This document shows positions 17,337 through 26,657 of a stretch of DNA of 64,000 bases, piece after piece. Position 1 is the stretch's first letter, and each line of letters opens with the position of its first letter. A model generated the notes under the pieces. That model was not told where the DNA came from. It did no database searches and worked only from the letters and a program-made list of their open reading frames with translations. The stretch is from an uncultured virus (IMG/VR IMGVR_UViG_2508501054_000004) (taxonomy: Duplodnaviria; Heunggongvirae; Uroviricota; Caudoviricetes): IMG/VR virus record IMGVR_UViG_2508501054_000004; one strand, written 5' to 3'. Position numbers and translations under genes: made by a program.

Positions 17337-19058
17337 TTAAAGGCCATTGCATTCGAGGGTCGGTCTCGGTTTGGCCAGTCGGGGGTATATGACTGAGATC
17401 CAGGCAATTGGAGTGTTGGGATCGAATTCATCCTTCACCTGACGCAGCTGTTTGAGCTGCGGGAAATCCTCTGCTGCTGCGCTCAACGCCATCACCGCAC
17501 CAGAAGTGTCGCCACCAAGGCGACATCGCTCTGCTAGTGCAAGCCCCATGCAGGCTTCCACGTTGCGTGGAGCATTGATGCCATTCTTCGTGTGCCGCCT
17601 CTTGTAATAGAGATTTAGCTGCGCCTGGTGGTCGGCAATTGTCCAGCTGGCATCACGTCCCATCAGCGCCTGCGCGATCAGGGAATCTACGCTCGGCTGA
17701 TTCAGCAGATTGATCTCAACCGACGAGAATTCTCTTCTGGTGCTCTCAGTTCCAAGGAAATAGTCGGACAAGTAGGCAAGTCCCAGAAACGCTATCTTCA
17801 TTTCTTTGGCCATCTGGGGCATGAGTTTGAAGCCTTTCTCAATCACCAGCGTCGGATGGTGAAGCTTGCGGTCTGGAAAATCGACCAAACATTGGTCAAT
17901 CAGTCGTACGAGGCCTTCGAGGTGTCTCCTGGGCGTTTTGCTATCGAAACTGTCGGGGTTGTACAACCAGTGCTTGGGGTCGATCTGAATTCTCAACAAG
18001 CTCGGATTATCCCACTCGTATTCGCAAGGCTGATGATCGACCTTTTCTGCCTTGCGGACGTATTCAATGATCACCGCTCTTACTAGGCGAAATAGCCCCT
18101 CAAAGGTGAAGGTGAGCTTGCCATCATCCTCATAAGTTTCGACGTGACTGGCGAAATGAAGAAATTCCTTGGACAGTGGCTTGAGTGAGTGAACGTAGCT
18201 GGAGCGCACGTTGTAGAGGTTCTGTAACGCTGCCTCCAGGTCACGGCGGCCAATAGGATGCTTTTGCGTGTCGGCTTGTACCGTGAAGTAATCCGCTGGC
18301 AAGTGAGCTTGGATGAACTGTACAAATCGATGGCCCAAACGCGGATGAATGACATCTAGTACCGCGTCCCTCACCGCTTGCGCGGGTTCTTCATCGACAC
18401 CCGCCAGCGCTTTATCTACCCCTCGCCTTTTCAGATCAGGAACGTCTGACCACTGAGGTTCATGACCATCAAATTTCTGCACCAGAGACTCCGTACACAT
18501 CACCAGCAACGTGTAGGCCAAATTGAGGTCATCACTCATCCTGTGGACTGCGGCGATATAGGTTCTGATCGACTGGATCACCGCGAGATAGGTCACGCGC
18601 CGCAGCCCGATCAACTGCTTGGTGAAGTCCTCGAAGGCTTTGATGGCGGAGACATCTGCCCGGACTGAAGCATCATAGAAGCGCGTAAGCCGCTCACTGG
18701 GATGTGGTTGCCCGGGCCGGCGTCGTTGATTCAACAATCGTTCTGCGATGTGGACATCGGGCGAACAGATGACCCGCAAACTGAACGAGGCCACGTCTGC
18801 AAAGTCGTCGATATAGGCTCCCATTGTTCGAGATACGAGAATGCCAGGCGCCGGTTCAGCCGCCTCCATGTACTCCTGCATCTCATACCCAAGCGCCGTT
18901 GGCGTATGGGTAGTGTCCATGCTGGTCAGCGACCCTGCCTTGGTCGTAACCCGGTTTGTCACCCCAAGACTAAAGTTGGTATAGACCACACCCTTAAGAA
19001 CTGTAATCCGAGGGTCGTCACGGTTGGTGAATAGCTTTCCTGTTGCGGCTTGCAGCAT
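17337..19058 (-). CDS. cargo protein with HEPN-like RxxxxH motif, candidate anti-phage RNase
   Basis: ATG 19058 with AGGAG RBS; AYTLLVMCTESL and LYNVRSSYVH motifs. Confidence 0.65.
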   Translation of the reverse strand: MLQAATGKLFTNRDDPRITVLKGVVYTNFSLGVTNRVTTKAGSLTSMDTTHTPTALGYEMQEYMEAAEPAPGILVSRTMGAYIDDFADVASFSLRVICSPDVHIAERLLNQRRRPGQPHPSERLTRFYDASVRADVSAIKAFEDFTKQLIGLRRVTYLAVIQSIRTYIAAVHRMSDDLNLAYTLLVMCTESLVQKFDGHEPQWSDVPDLKRRGVDKALAGVDEEPAQAVRDAVLDVIHPRLGHRFVQFIQAHLPADYFTVQADTQKHPIGRRDLEAALQNLYNVRSSYVHSLKPLSKEFLHFASHVETYEDDGKLTFTFEGLFRLVRAVIIEYVRKAEKVDHQPCEYEWDNPSLLRIQIDPKHWLYNPDSFDSKTPRRHLEGLVRLIDQCLVDFPDRKLHHPTLVIEKGFKLMPQMAKEMKIAFLGLAYLSDYFLGTESTRREFSSVEINLLNQPSVDSLIAQALMGRDASWTIADHQAQLNLYYKRRHTKNGINAPRNVEACMGLALAERCRLGGDTSGAVMALSAAAEDFPQLKQLRQVKDEFDPNTPIAWISVIYPRLAKPRPTLECNGL

Positions 19059-19626
19059 TGGCGCTCCTGCTGAACGAATCCCTGTACTAAGACTGCGCGT
19101 AACGACGTGGCTTGCTCGCAAGGCCTCCGCAACAATTGGGAAACCTGTGGATCTGCTCAATCGAGGCGCGCAGTCGTCACAGCAGATGGACTGTGCCGCT
19201 GATAATAGACAGAAAACACAGACTTGACGCCATTTACATACTGGCAGCAGCTGCGGGAGCGCGCGTCTATACAAATCCTGCACTGCGATGGGTTGCAGAT
19301 GGATTCAGATTACACCGGAGGTTCTAGGTAGTGCGGTCTTCTGGGCCTTCTGGATTGTACTCATAGTGGCCTGTTCCGGACTTCAACGATAACTGGAGAC
19401 AGCCCTCGAATTGTTGACCGACCGGTATCGGATGAAGCAGCGCTTGTTGAACGTCCGCTTTTGGCCGATTGCCGCCCCCCCTATGAGGGACAGCAAGCGG
19501 CTAAAACCCGCCACTCCCCGCGGGCAGTTTTCAATCAGCGCCACCAGTTTGGAGAGCAGCCCGGTTGACCCCGCAAAGTAAGCCACTCAATATGCTGTGA
19601 ATCAATCAGCAGGGATGATCACCGAC

Positions 19627-20115
19627 ATGGCCTTTGACGCGTATTTGAAAATTGACGGAATTCCAGGTGAGGCTCTTGACGCTCAATTTAAGGACTGGAT
19701 AGAAATGGAAAATTTCGACCTAGGAGCAAGCCAGTCCGCCTCGGTCACGGCGACCAGTGCAGGCGGAGCAACGAGTGGTCGTNNNNNNNNNNNNNNNNNN
19801 NNNNNNNNNNNNNNNNNNNNNNNNNNNNNNNNNNNNNNNNNNNNNNNNNNNNNNNNNNNNNNNNNNNNNNNNNNNNNNNNNNNNNNNNNNNNNNNNNNNN
19901 NNNNNNNNNNNNNNNNNNNNNNNNNNNNNNNNNNNNNNNNNNNNNNNNNNNNNNNNNNNNNNNNNNNNNNNNNNNNNNNNNNNNNNNNNNNNNNNNNNNN
20001 NNNNNNNNNNNNNNNNNNNNNNNNNNNNNNNNNNNNNNNNNNNNNNNNNNNNNNNCAAGGGGGCGGTCAGGTGGTGGGCGGTTGGGATGCAATTTCCAAC
20101 AAGGTATACGCCTGA
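19627..20115 (+). CDS. hcp: Hcp1-family T6SS tube protein (middle in gap)
   Basis: MAFDAYLKIDGIPGEALDAQFKDWIE...SAGGATSGR ... GGWDAISNKVYA. Confidence 0.92.
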   Translation: MAFDAYLKIDGIPGEALDAQFKDWIEMENFDLGASQSASVTATSAGGATSGRXXXXXXXXXXXXXXXXXXXXXXXXXXXXXXXXXXXXXXXXXXXXXXXXXXXXXXXXXXXXXXXXXXXXXXXXXXXXXXXXXXXXXXXXXXXQGGGQVVGGWDAISNKVYA

Positions 20116-20133
20116 TATCACACAAGGAGATGT

Positions 20134-20667
20134 ATGCCCATGGACACCCAATCAATAGATACCAACAAAGTAGCGTACTGCACTTTTGAATTGACAGGCC
20201 AGCCGATGAGCCAGCTGAAGTGCAGTAATAATGAAAGCTATGAGGCTTTTTCAGGATTAACTGGCTTCGCCAACGATCCTGCTGCAGTGGGTGATCTAAA
20301 ACAGGGGCCACTGCCGCCTGGCCGATATTATATTCTTGATCGGGAAAGCGGCGGAAGAATGGGCTGGCTCCGAGAGCCGATCTCAGATTTGTTTGCCCGG
20401 ACTGATCGGAGTCATTGGTTTTCACTTTACCGTGACGACGGAAGTATTGATGATGAAACGATCGTCAGCAACGTGACGAGAGGTAATTTCAGACTGCACC
20501 CTATAGGTCCCCTAGGCTTAAGCGAGGGATGTGTCACCATGACATCTCAACTTGGCTTTGATCAACTAAGCATTTACTTGCGTAATATGGATGGAGACAG
20601 AATTCCCGGATCCGAAAAAAAATACTTTGGAGTTTTAGATGTCATTGACCCCAGGAACAAGAAATAA
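20134..20667 (+). CDS. DUF2778/Tlde1-like cell-wall-targeting T6SS effector
   Basis: AFSG...GPLPPGRYYILDRESGG...RGNFRLHP.G..GLSEGCVT (HxxGxxxxSxGC-type motif). Confidence 0.85.
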   Translation: MPMDTQSIDTNKVAYCTFELTGQPMSQLKCSNNESYEAFSGLTGFANDPAAVGDLKQGPLPPGRYYILDRESGGRMGWLREPISDLFARTDRSHWFSLYRDDGSIDDETIVSNVTRGNFRLHPIGPLGLSEGCVTMTSQLGFDQLSIYLRNMDGDRIPGSEKKYFGVLDVIDPRNKK

Positions 20668-20957
20668 TGCGCTTTATTAGAGCCACCATTAAAGTCTTTG
20701 CTGTAATTATAGTAGCCTCCATTATGACGCGAACCCTGATACTCAGCGGATTGGTGCGGACCGGATTAGAAACACCAGTTGGCAATGCAATTTATTTGTC
20801 CCTGCACGATGTATTCAGTGTCAACGGGATAGAGGATGCGGAAACAATGGTAATCTTTACGGTACTAATTGCCTCTTTAATCATTGTGACTTTTCTGGCC
20901 TGGTTGCTGGCCAAACTGGTGACCAAATACTCTTCATGGATGAAGAATAAATATTAG
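20667..20957 (+). CDS. small two-TM membrane protein, putative immunity to DUF2778 effector
   Basis: TAATG overlap with effector; two hydrophobic helices; homologue at 51796-52077. Confidence 0.7.
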   Translation: MRFIRATIKVFAVIIVASIMTRTLILSGLVRTGLETPVGNAIYLSLHDVFSVNGIEDAETMVIFTVLIASLIIVTFLAWLLAKLVTKYSSWMKNKY

Positions 20958-21306
20958 ATTCCGTGGCTTTCCATTAGCTACCATCTGTCGTTCGGATCTC
21001 GCTGACAACGGTTTGCCAAGCCTATCCGCCGAGTGACTGCTTCTGGCCGTTCCCTGCCGGTCGCCACTACCGCTTACGTTGAACAAGTCTATGCATTACG
21101 TTTTCTGACCGTCCGTCCGGTTAGATTGTCGTATTGTGGTCGTATTGATGTTGCATTGCGGTCGCATCGTGACCAACCTTTAAATAGCTCTTTTCGGTTT
21201 TTCCGAACGTCGGTACAACGTGGGCACGATCTGCGATTTGCGCCTGAATCGCAGCCAGAGCACCCGCTGTGCATGCTTCAACCAGCCATCCCCAAGGCTG
21301 TCACCA

Positions 21307-21330
21307 ACCCCGCCTCGGCGGGGTTTTTCA
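21307..21330 (+). terminator. intrinsic terminator in late leader (tR'-like)
   Basis: ACCCCGCC-TC-GGCGGGGT followed by a T tract, upstream of holin. Confidence 0.7.
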
Positions 21331-21360
21331 TTTCAGCTCCCCCGGAAGGGTGGCAACCGG

Positions 21361-21684
21361 ATGCGCACCATGCCCGACAAACCAGATACGTGGGCCAGGA
21401 TCGTGGCGGCCATTTCAAATCCACTGTGGCAGGGCATGATTATGGCCATCGTCGTTTCTCTACTGCGCATCCTCTACGACGCCAAAGAAACCAGTAAGCG
21501 TAGGATCTTATTCGAAGCGCTGATCTGCGGTTCGTTGAGTCTGGTCGCGTCCAGCCTGATTGAGTGGATGACCTGGCCGCCCAGCTTGTCGGTAGCTGCA
21601 GGTGGAACGATTGGCTTTCTTGGCGTTACGGCCATTCGCGAATTGGTGGCCCGCTTCATTGGCCGGAAGGTGGATTCACTATGA
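21361..21684 (+). CDS. lambda-family holin
   Basis: MRTMPDKPDTW..., three TM segments, EALICG, GGTIGFLGV..IRE. Confidence 0.9.
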   Translation: MRTMPDKPDTWARIVAAISNPLWQGMIMAIVVSLLRILYDAKETSKRRILFEALICGSLSLVASSLIEWMTWPPSLSVAAGGTIGFLGVTAIRELVARFIGRKVDSL

Positions 21685-22067
21685 AGGCTATCGCCGCTGC
21701 AATCATCATCGCGCTGGTGGGTGTCCTGCTCGTCGGCATTCAGCAGTACCGGGTCGTCGCATTGCGCGGCGAAGTGGAAGTGGAAGCAACTGCCAAGAAA
21801 ATAGCGCTCGACGCCAATCTCGAAAGCGAGGCCACCATCACCACGTTGCGCGCCGAGGCCCAACGTAACGCTGCCTATCTGAAGGACTTGAATCAACGGA
21901 TCAAGGCCAGCGAAAACAAAGCCAAACAGGCGAGGAAAGAATTTGAAGACCTCAAGCGCAACAGCAAGCCCGTTCGTGATTGGGCTTCTCAGCCTTTGCC
22001 TGACGGCCTGCGCGGCAAAGCCGGTGGTGGTCACAAAAACGTCAGCGGTTCGAATCGAACCCCCTGA
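21681..22067 (+). CDS. i-spanin (Rz/LysB-like)
   Basis: N-terminal TM, coiled coil, VRDWASQPLP. Confidence 0.8.
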   Translation: MKAIAAAIIIALVGVLLVGIQQYRVVALRGEVEVEATAKKIALDANLESEATITTLRAEAQRNAAYLKDLNQRIKASENKAKQARKEFEDLKRNSKPVRDWASQPLPDGLRGKAGGGHKNVSGSNRTP

Positions 22068-22215
22068 GTTGATTCCTTGCGAACGCATCAACGCCGATGA
22101 GGCGGACCTTCGTTCGAACGGCGACGTCTGGGAGCTGAAGGATCAGGCCATCAAGCTGCTCGACACCTGCGCCGATCAGGTCGACGCCCAGATCCTGCGC
22201 AGTCAGAGCAAGTAG
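21943..22215 (+). CDS. o-spanin lipoprotein (Rz1/LysC-like)
   Basis: overlaps i-spanin; lipobox LTAC; C...NGD...CADQVD. Confidence 0.8.
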   Translation: MKTSSATASPFVIGLLSLCLTACAAKPVVVTKTSAVRIEPPELIPCERINADEADLRSNGDVWELKDQAIKLLDTCADQVDAQILRSQSK

Positions 22216-22269
22216 CCGAGGCCACTGGCTTCATGCCCCATCTGGGGGCACGCCAAGCCCCTGTTTTTT

Positions 22270-22316
22270 GGGTCCTCCCTGAGGGGGGCTCCCTACACGG
22301 GTACGTGGACTCGCGG
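22270..22316 (+). other. lambda-type cos site (cosQ + cosN)
   Basis: GGGTCCT, 23 bp ending ACG, GGTACGTGGACT, CGCGG; same layout as lambda cos; just upstream of terS. Confidence 0.75.
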
Positions 22317-22370
22317 TTCTTGTGCAGCTGAGTTTTTTGCAGGGATGTCCGTCTTTCTAAAGGGTTGTGT

Positions 22371-22892
22371 ATGGGTAGGAAAGTCAGCAAGGCCGACTTG
22401 GGTGAGATCGTTGGCCGGGACGAACGCACCCTGACCCGGTGGCAACACGAAGGCATGCCGGTGGTTGAGTTTGGTCTGGGTCGTGGCAACGAAAACCAGT
22501 ACGACACCGAAGCGGTGGTCCAGTGGCTGATGCAGCAGGCCTCGCTCAACGGCAAGAAAGAATCGTCGCGTGACAGGCTTGACCGGGTTCGGGCCAACCG
22601 TGAAGAGCTGGCGCTGGCCAAGGAACTTGGGGAGGTGGTGATCGCCTCCGACATGATCCAGCGCTTCGAGGCCATGATCATGTCGGCCAAGGTCGAACTG
22701 CTTAATACATTTCCAGATGTGCTCGCCGCTGAGCTATCAGCCCGGTATGGCATAGAGGTGGACGATCTACTGATTCGTGAGCCCATCGAGGCAATCCTGA
22801 GAAGGCTATCGGACTATGACAATGATGCTGACTCAGTTGGAGATTCTGACGAATCGCCATACCCGGAGGGCCTTGAGGAAGACGGCGAGTGA
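22371..22892 (+). CDS. terminase small subunit (Nu1-like)
   Basis: VSKADLGEIVGRDERTLTRWQHEGMP wHTH, YDTEAVVQW. Confidence 0.9.
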   Translation: MGRKVSKADLGEIVGRDERTLTRWQHEGMPVVEFGLGRGNENQYDTEAVVQWLMQQASLNGKKESSRDRLDRVRANREELALAKELGEVVIASDMIQRFEAMIMSAKVELLNTFPDVLAAELSARYGIEVDDLLIREPIEAILRRLSDYDNDADSVGDSDESPYPEGLEEDGE

Positions 22893-24825
22893 GTCCCTGC
22901 ACAAGGCCTGTTTGAAGTGGGCTCCACCGCCGCGCATGAGCATCATCGAGTGGGCGGACAAGTATCGCTGGCTCTCCGCCGAAGAGGCTGCACGGCCGGG
23001 TAAATACCGGTTCGATGTGACCCCGCATTTGGTCTGGCCAGGTGGCCCACTTGAGGCGCTGGACGATCCAAACGTTACAGAAATCGTAGGGCGCAAGTCT
23101 GCGCAGGTGGCCTGGACGTCGGGCGTGTTGGGTAACGCCCTGGGCAAGTGGATCGACATCGATCCGTCTCCGATCCTGGTGCTGTTTCCCAAAGCAGAAG
23201 CGGCCAAGCAGTATGTGGGCGAAAAGCTTGAGCCCATGATTGAGGCGACGCCCCGGCTTCGCAAGAAGGTCGATCTACGCAGTCGCAAGCTGCAGCAACG
23301 CCAGGACTTCAAGCGTTTTCCGGGCGGCTTTCTGAAAATGGTGGGCTCCAACAGTCCGGCGAGCGTGAAGTCCACGCCGGTGCCGAGAGTCGCTGTCGAG
23401 GAGCCTGATGACTGCAACCTCAACCTGCGAGGGCAGGGGGACAGCATCAAGCTGGCTAAGGAACGTTTGAAGACGTTTCGCCGCTCGAAAATCATCATCG
23501 GCGGCACCCCGACCATCAAGGGGTTGTCGGCCATTGATGCGGAGCTGGAAATCTCCGACAAGCGCGAAGGGCTCGTGCCTTGCCACGAATGCGGACAGTC
23601 GCACGCGTTGAGCTTCGACAATCTGTTCTGCGCGGACGATCCCGACTATCACCACGAGGTGTATGGCAAGAAGCGGCCGGAACATGCTTATTACGCCTGC
23701 CCACACTGCGGCTGTTCGTGGGATGACAACCAGAAAAACGCGAACCTCAAACACGGCCGTTGGGTCGCTACGGCCGAGTTTAGGGGGATTGCCGGTTACA
23801 TTCTCAACGAGCTGTACGCCACCTTCTGGGGATCGCGCTTCCAGGCGCTGATGGAGAAAAAGCTTCAGGCCGAGCACGCCGCGTCCCACGGCAACATCGG
23901 GCCGATGATCGCCTTCGTCAACAGCTCCAAGGGGGAGAGTTACGAATACAAAAGCGATGCACCCAAAACCGATGAGCTGGAAAAGCGGGCTGAGCCTTAC
24001 GCAGAGCTGACGGCACCCAATGGTGTGCTGCTGATTACGGTGGGCGTCGACGTTCAGGGGGACCGGCTGGCGCTGGTCATCATCGGCTGGGGCCGGGGTG
24101 AAGAATCGTGGCGACTGTACTGGGGGGAGCTGTACGGTAATCCCATCGATCCGCATGACGCCGTTTGGCAGGAACTGGATCGGCTAATCGCCAAGCCTGT
24201 GGCGACAGAGGGCGGAGCGCAGCTGGTCATTTCCGCCGTGAGTATCGACAGCTCGGACGGCAACACCAGCGACGCGGTCTACGGGTACGTTCGGGATCGG
24301 CAGCGCTACAACATCATGGCGATCAAAGGTGCGTCGATTGACAGCCGTGATAAGGAAATCTTTACCCGGCCGTCCCCGTCGGTTGACTCCTCCCAGGACA
24401 ACACCAAAGCGTCGAAATATGGCTTGCGCGTCTACATCGTCGGAACCCACAAGGCCAAGACGCTGATCGACGGACGTCTTCGACTCACCGGCGCAGGGCC
24501 GGGGCGGATGCACTGGTACAGCGAGATCCGCTCGGACTACTACGAGCAGCTCACCAATGAAGTGCTGGCCCCGCACGCTCGCAACCCCAGCAAGATGGTG
24601 TGGCAGAAGAAGGCGGGTCGCCGCAACGAAGCGCTGGATTGCGAAGTGTATGCACTGCATGCGGCCAGAAGCTTGAAGACCCATCTGTTACGCGAACATG
24701 AGTGGGAGCAGCTGGAGCAACAATTGCTGCAGCCCACTCTTTTCAACACCGAGCAGGCCGTCACTCCTGTGCCACGTAAAGCGAATGCTCGCGGTCGTGG
24801 CACGCGCAGCCGTGCAGGCTATTAG
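22816..24825 (+). CDS. terminase large subunit (GpA family); start uncertain
   Basis: KSAQVAWT, GGTPTIKG, CHECG/CPHCG, GVDVQ, RNEALDC. Confidence 0.93.
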   Translation: MTMMLTQLEILTNRHTRRALRKTASESLHKACLKWAPPPRMSIIEWADKYRWLSAEEAARPGKYRFDVTPHLVWPGGPLEALDDPNVTEIVGRKSAQVAWTSGVLGNALGKWIDIDPSPILVLFPKAEAAKQYVGEKLEPMIEATPRLRKKVDLRSRKLQQRQDFKRFPGGFLKMVGSNSPASVKSTPVPRVAVEEPDDCNLNLRGQGDSIKLAKERLKTFRRSKIIIGGTPTIKGLSAIDAELEISDKREGLVPCHECGQSHALSFDNLFCADDPDYHHEVYGKKRPEHAYYACPHCGCSWDDNQKNANLKHGRWVATAEFRGIAGYILNELYATFWGSRFQALMEKKLQAEHAASHGNIGPMIAFVNSSKGESYEYKSDAPKTDELEKRAEPYAELTAPNGVLLITVGVDVQGDRLALVIIGWGRGEESWRLYWGELYGNPIDPHDAVWQELDRLIAKPVATEGGAQLVISAVSIDSSDGNTSDAVYGYVRDRQRYNIMAIKGASIDSRDKEIFTRPSPSVDSSQDNTKASKYGLRVYIVGTHKAKTLIDGRLRLTGAGPGRMHWYSEIRSDYYEQLTNEVLAPHARNPSKMVWQKKAGRRNEALDCEVYALHAARSLKTHLLREHEWEQLEQQLLQPTLFNTEQAVTPVPRKANARGRGTRSRAGY

Positions 24826-24835
24826 AGGTTCAATC

Positions 24836-25051
24836 ATGACTGACGCACAAATGCGCCTGGAGCAAGTACGGGCGGCGATCTCTGACGTCCTTAAAAAAGG
24901 TCAGCGTCTCAAAAGAGCAGATCGCGAGATCTATAGGGCCGAGCTCGACAGCCTGCGCTTGCTGGAGCAGCAGTACGCCAAAGAGGTCGCGCTGGAACAG
25001 GCATCGCTGCAGGGCAGGGGGCGTAATCGCATCTCCTACATGGTGATTTGA
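24836..25051 (+). CDS. gpW-like head completion protein
   Basis: 71-aa ORF between terminase and portal. Confidence 0.7.
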   Translation: MTDAQMRLEQVRAAISDVLKKGQRLKRADREIYRAELDSLRLLEQQYAKEVALEQASLQGRGRNRISYMVI

Positions 25052-25053
25052 TT

Positions 25054-26655
25054 ATGGGTTTTTTCCGTAAAGACCCTGCCGAGTTGTTGATGCGAGAGGC
25101 ACTCAAGCTCGCCAAGTCTGTGTCTGAAGGGTCGCCTGCCAAAGCGCAGGGTGGCGGTGGCGGGGTTGAAACCCGCTGGCGCGGTGCATCCCGTGTGCTG
25201 CGTAGCATGGCAGGCTGGATTCCGGGATTGGGCAGTGCCAGGCGCGACCTGCACCACAGCGAGCGGCGCATGCTGGTAGCCCGGTCGCGTGATGCCATGC
25301 GCAACCATCTGATCGCTCGGGCGGCTATCACCCGTCTGCGCACCAATGTGGTCGGCACCGGCCTGGTCTGCCGTGCGCAGATCGATCATATCGCTGTCGG
25401 CATCGACGAGCAGCAGGCCGAGCAACTCAATGCTCAACTGGATAGGATCTGGTCGCTGTACGCCGATGACCCCCGCGAGTGTGATGCCGAAGCCACGCTC
25501 AATCACTACCAACTGCAGGCGCTGGTGCTCATATCGGCCATGGTCTGCGGCGACGTTCTGATCGCCAGCCCCGACGATGAGCGTCCGGGATGCATCTTCA
25601 GCACCCGTTTGCAGTTGATTGAATCGGATCGTGTCTGCAATCCCGACGGGGGTATGGACCGCGCAGACATGGTTGAAGGTGTCGAGTTTGACCGGTTGGG
25701 AGCCCCCTTGGCGTATCACGTCTGCAACGGCTATCCCAATGAGTATTTGGCAGGGCAGAACCTGGCATGGGAGCGCCTGCCTGCTTTCGGCGATACGACC
25801 GGCAGGCGTCGGGTTATGCATGTCATGTCGGACAAGGAAAGACCGGGCCAGAAGCGAGGCGCTCCCTACCTGGCTCCGGTGCTGGAACCGCTGCAGAAGC
25901 TGGAGCGCTACAGCAGTGCTGAGTTGATGGCAGCGGTTATCTCCGCGATGTTCACGGTGTTCATCAAAAAGAACAACGACTTCAACGTCTCCAACTTGCC
26001 CATGTCCGCCATGGGTAACGAGGGCGCGGGTGGTGACACCACCGACGATGGTGAGCTGGCATTGGGGGAGGGGGCCATTGTGGACCTGGGTATGGGCGAG
26101 GAGCCGGTGGTAGCAAACCCGGCTCGACCCAACGCCCAGTTCGACCCTTTCTTCACGGCGGTCGTTAAAGAGATTGGCGCGGCGCTGGAACAGCCGATGG
26201 AAGAGTTGCTGCTGCATTACAGCAGCAGTTACAGCGCGGCTCGCGCTGCGATGCTGCAGGCGTGGCGGTTCTACAGCGTTCGGCGCTGGTGGCTGGCTTG
26301 TGACTTCTGTCAGCCCAGCCGAGAGTTGATCATTGATGAGGCGGTGGCCAGAGGGCTGATCCACCTGCCGGGTTATTCAGATCCTGCGAAGCGTAAAGCC
26401 TATTGTCAGGGGATCTGGATCGGCCCGGCGCGAGGCGCTATCGATGAGCTCAAAGAGGCCAATGCAGCCGGTAAGCGAATCGAAATCGGGGTCAGCAACG
26501 AAACCCTCGAAACGGCCGCGATGACGGGCGAGCCCTGGCAGCAGGTCTATCGCCAGCGTGTTCGCGAGGTCGAGCAGCGACGCGCAGACAACCTGCACAT
26601 GTTGCCCAAAGGCGGCGTTATCGCTGACCCACCCACACCACCCAACGAGGAATAA
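25054..26655 (+). CDS. portal protein, lambda family
   Basis: ARSRDAMRN, VVGTGL, RPGQKRGAP, SYSAARAAML, IDELKEA. Confidence 0.93.
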   Translation: MGFFRKDPAELLMREALKLAKSVSEGSPAKAQGGGGGVETRWRGASRVLRSMAGWIPGLGSARRDLHHSERRMLVARSRDAMRNHLIARAAITRLRTNVVGTGLVCRAQIDHIAVGIDEQQAEQLNAQLDRIWSLYADDPRECDAEATLNHYQLQALVLISAMVCGDVLIASPDDERPGCIFSTRLQLIESDRVCNPDGGMDRADMVEGVEFDRLGAPLAYHVCNGYPNEYLAGQNLAWERLPAFGDTTGRRRVMHVMSDKERPGQKRGAPYLAPVLEPLQKLERYSSAELMAAVISAMFTVFIKKNNDFNVSNLPMSAMGNEGAGGDTTDDGELALGEGAIVDLGMGEEPVVANPARPNAQFDPFFTAVVKEIGAALEQPMEELLLHYSSSYSAARAAMLQAWRFYSVRRWWLACDFCQPSRELIIDEAVARGLIHLPGYSDPAKRKAYCQGIWIGPARGAIDELKEANAAGKRIEIGVSNETLETAAMTGEPWQQVYRQRVREVEQRRADNLHMLPKGGVIADPPTPPNEE

Positions 26656-26657
26656 CC

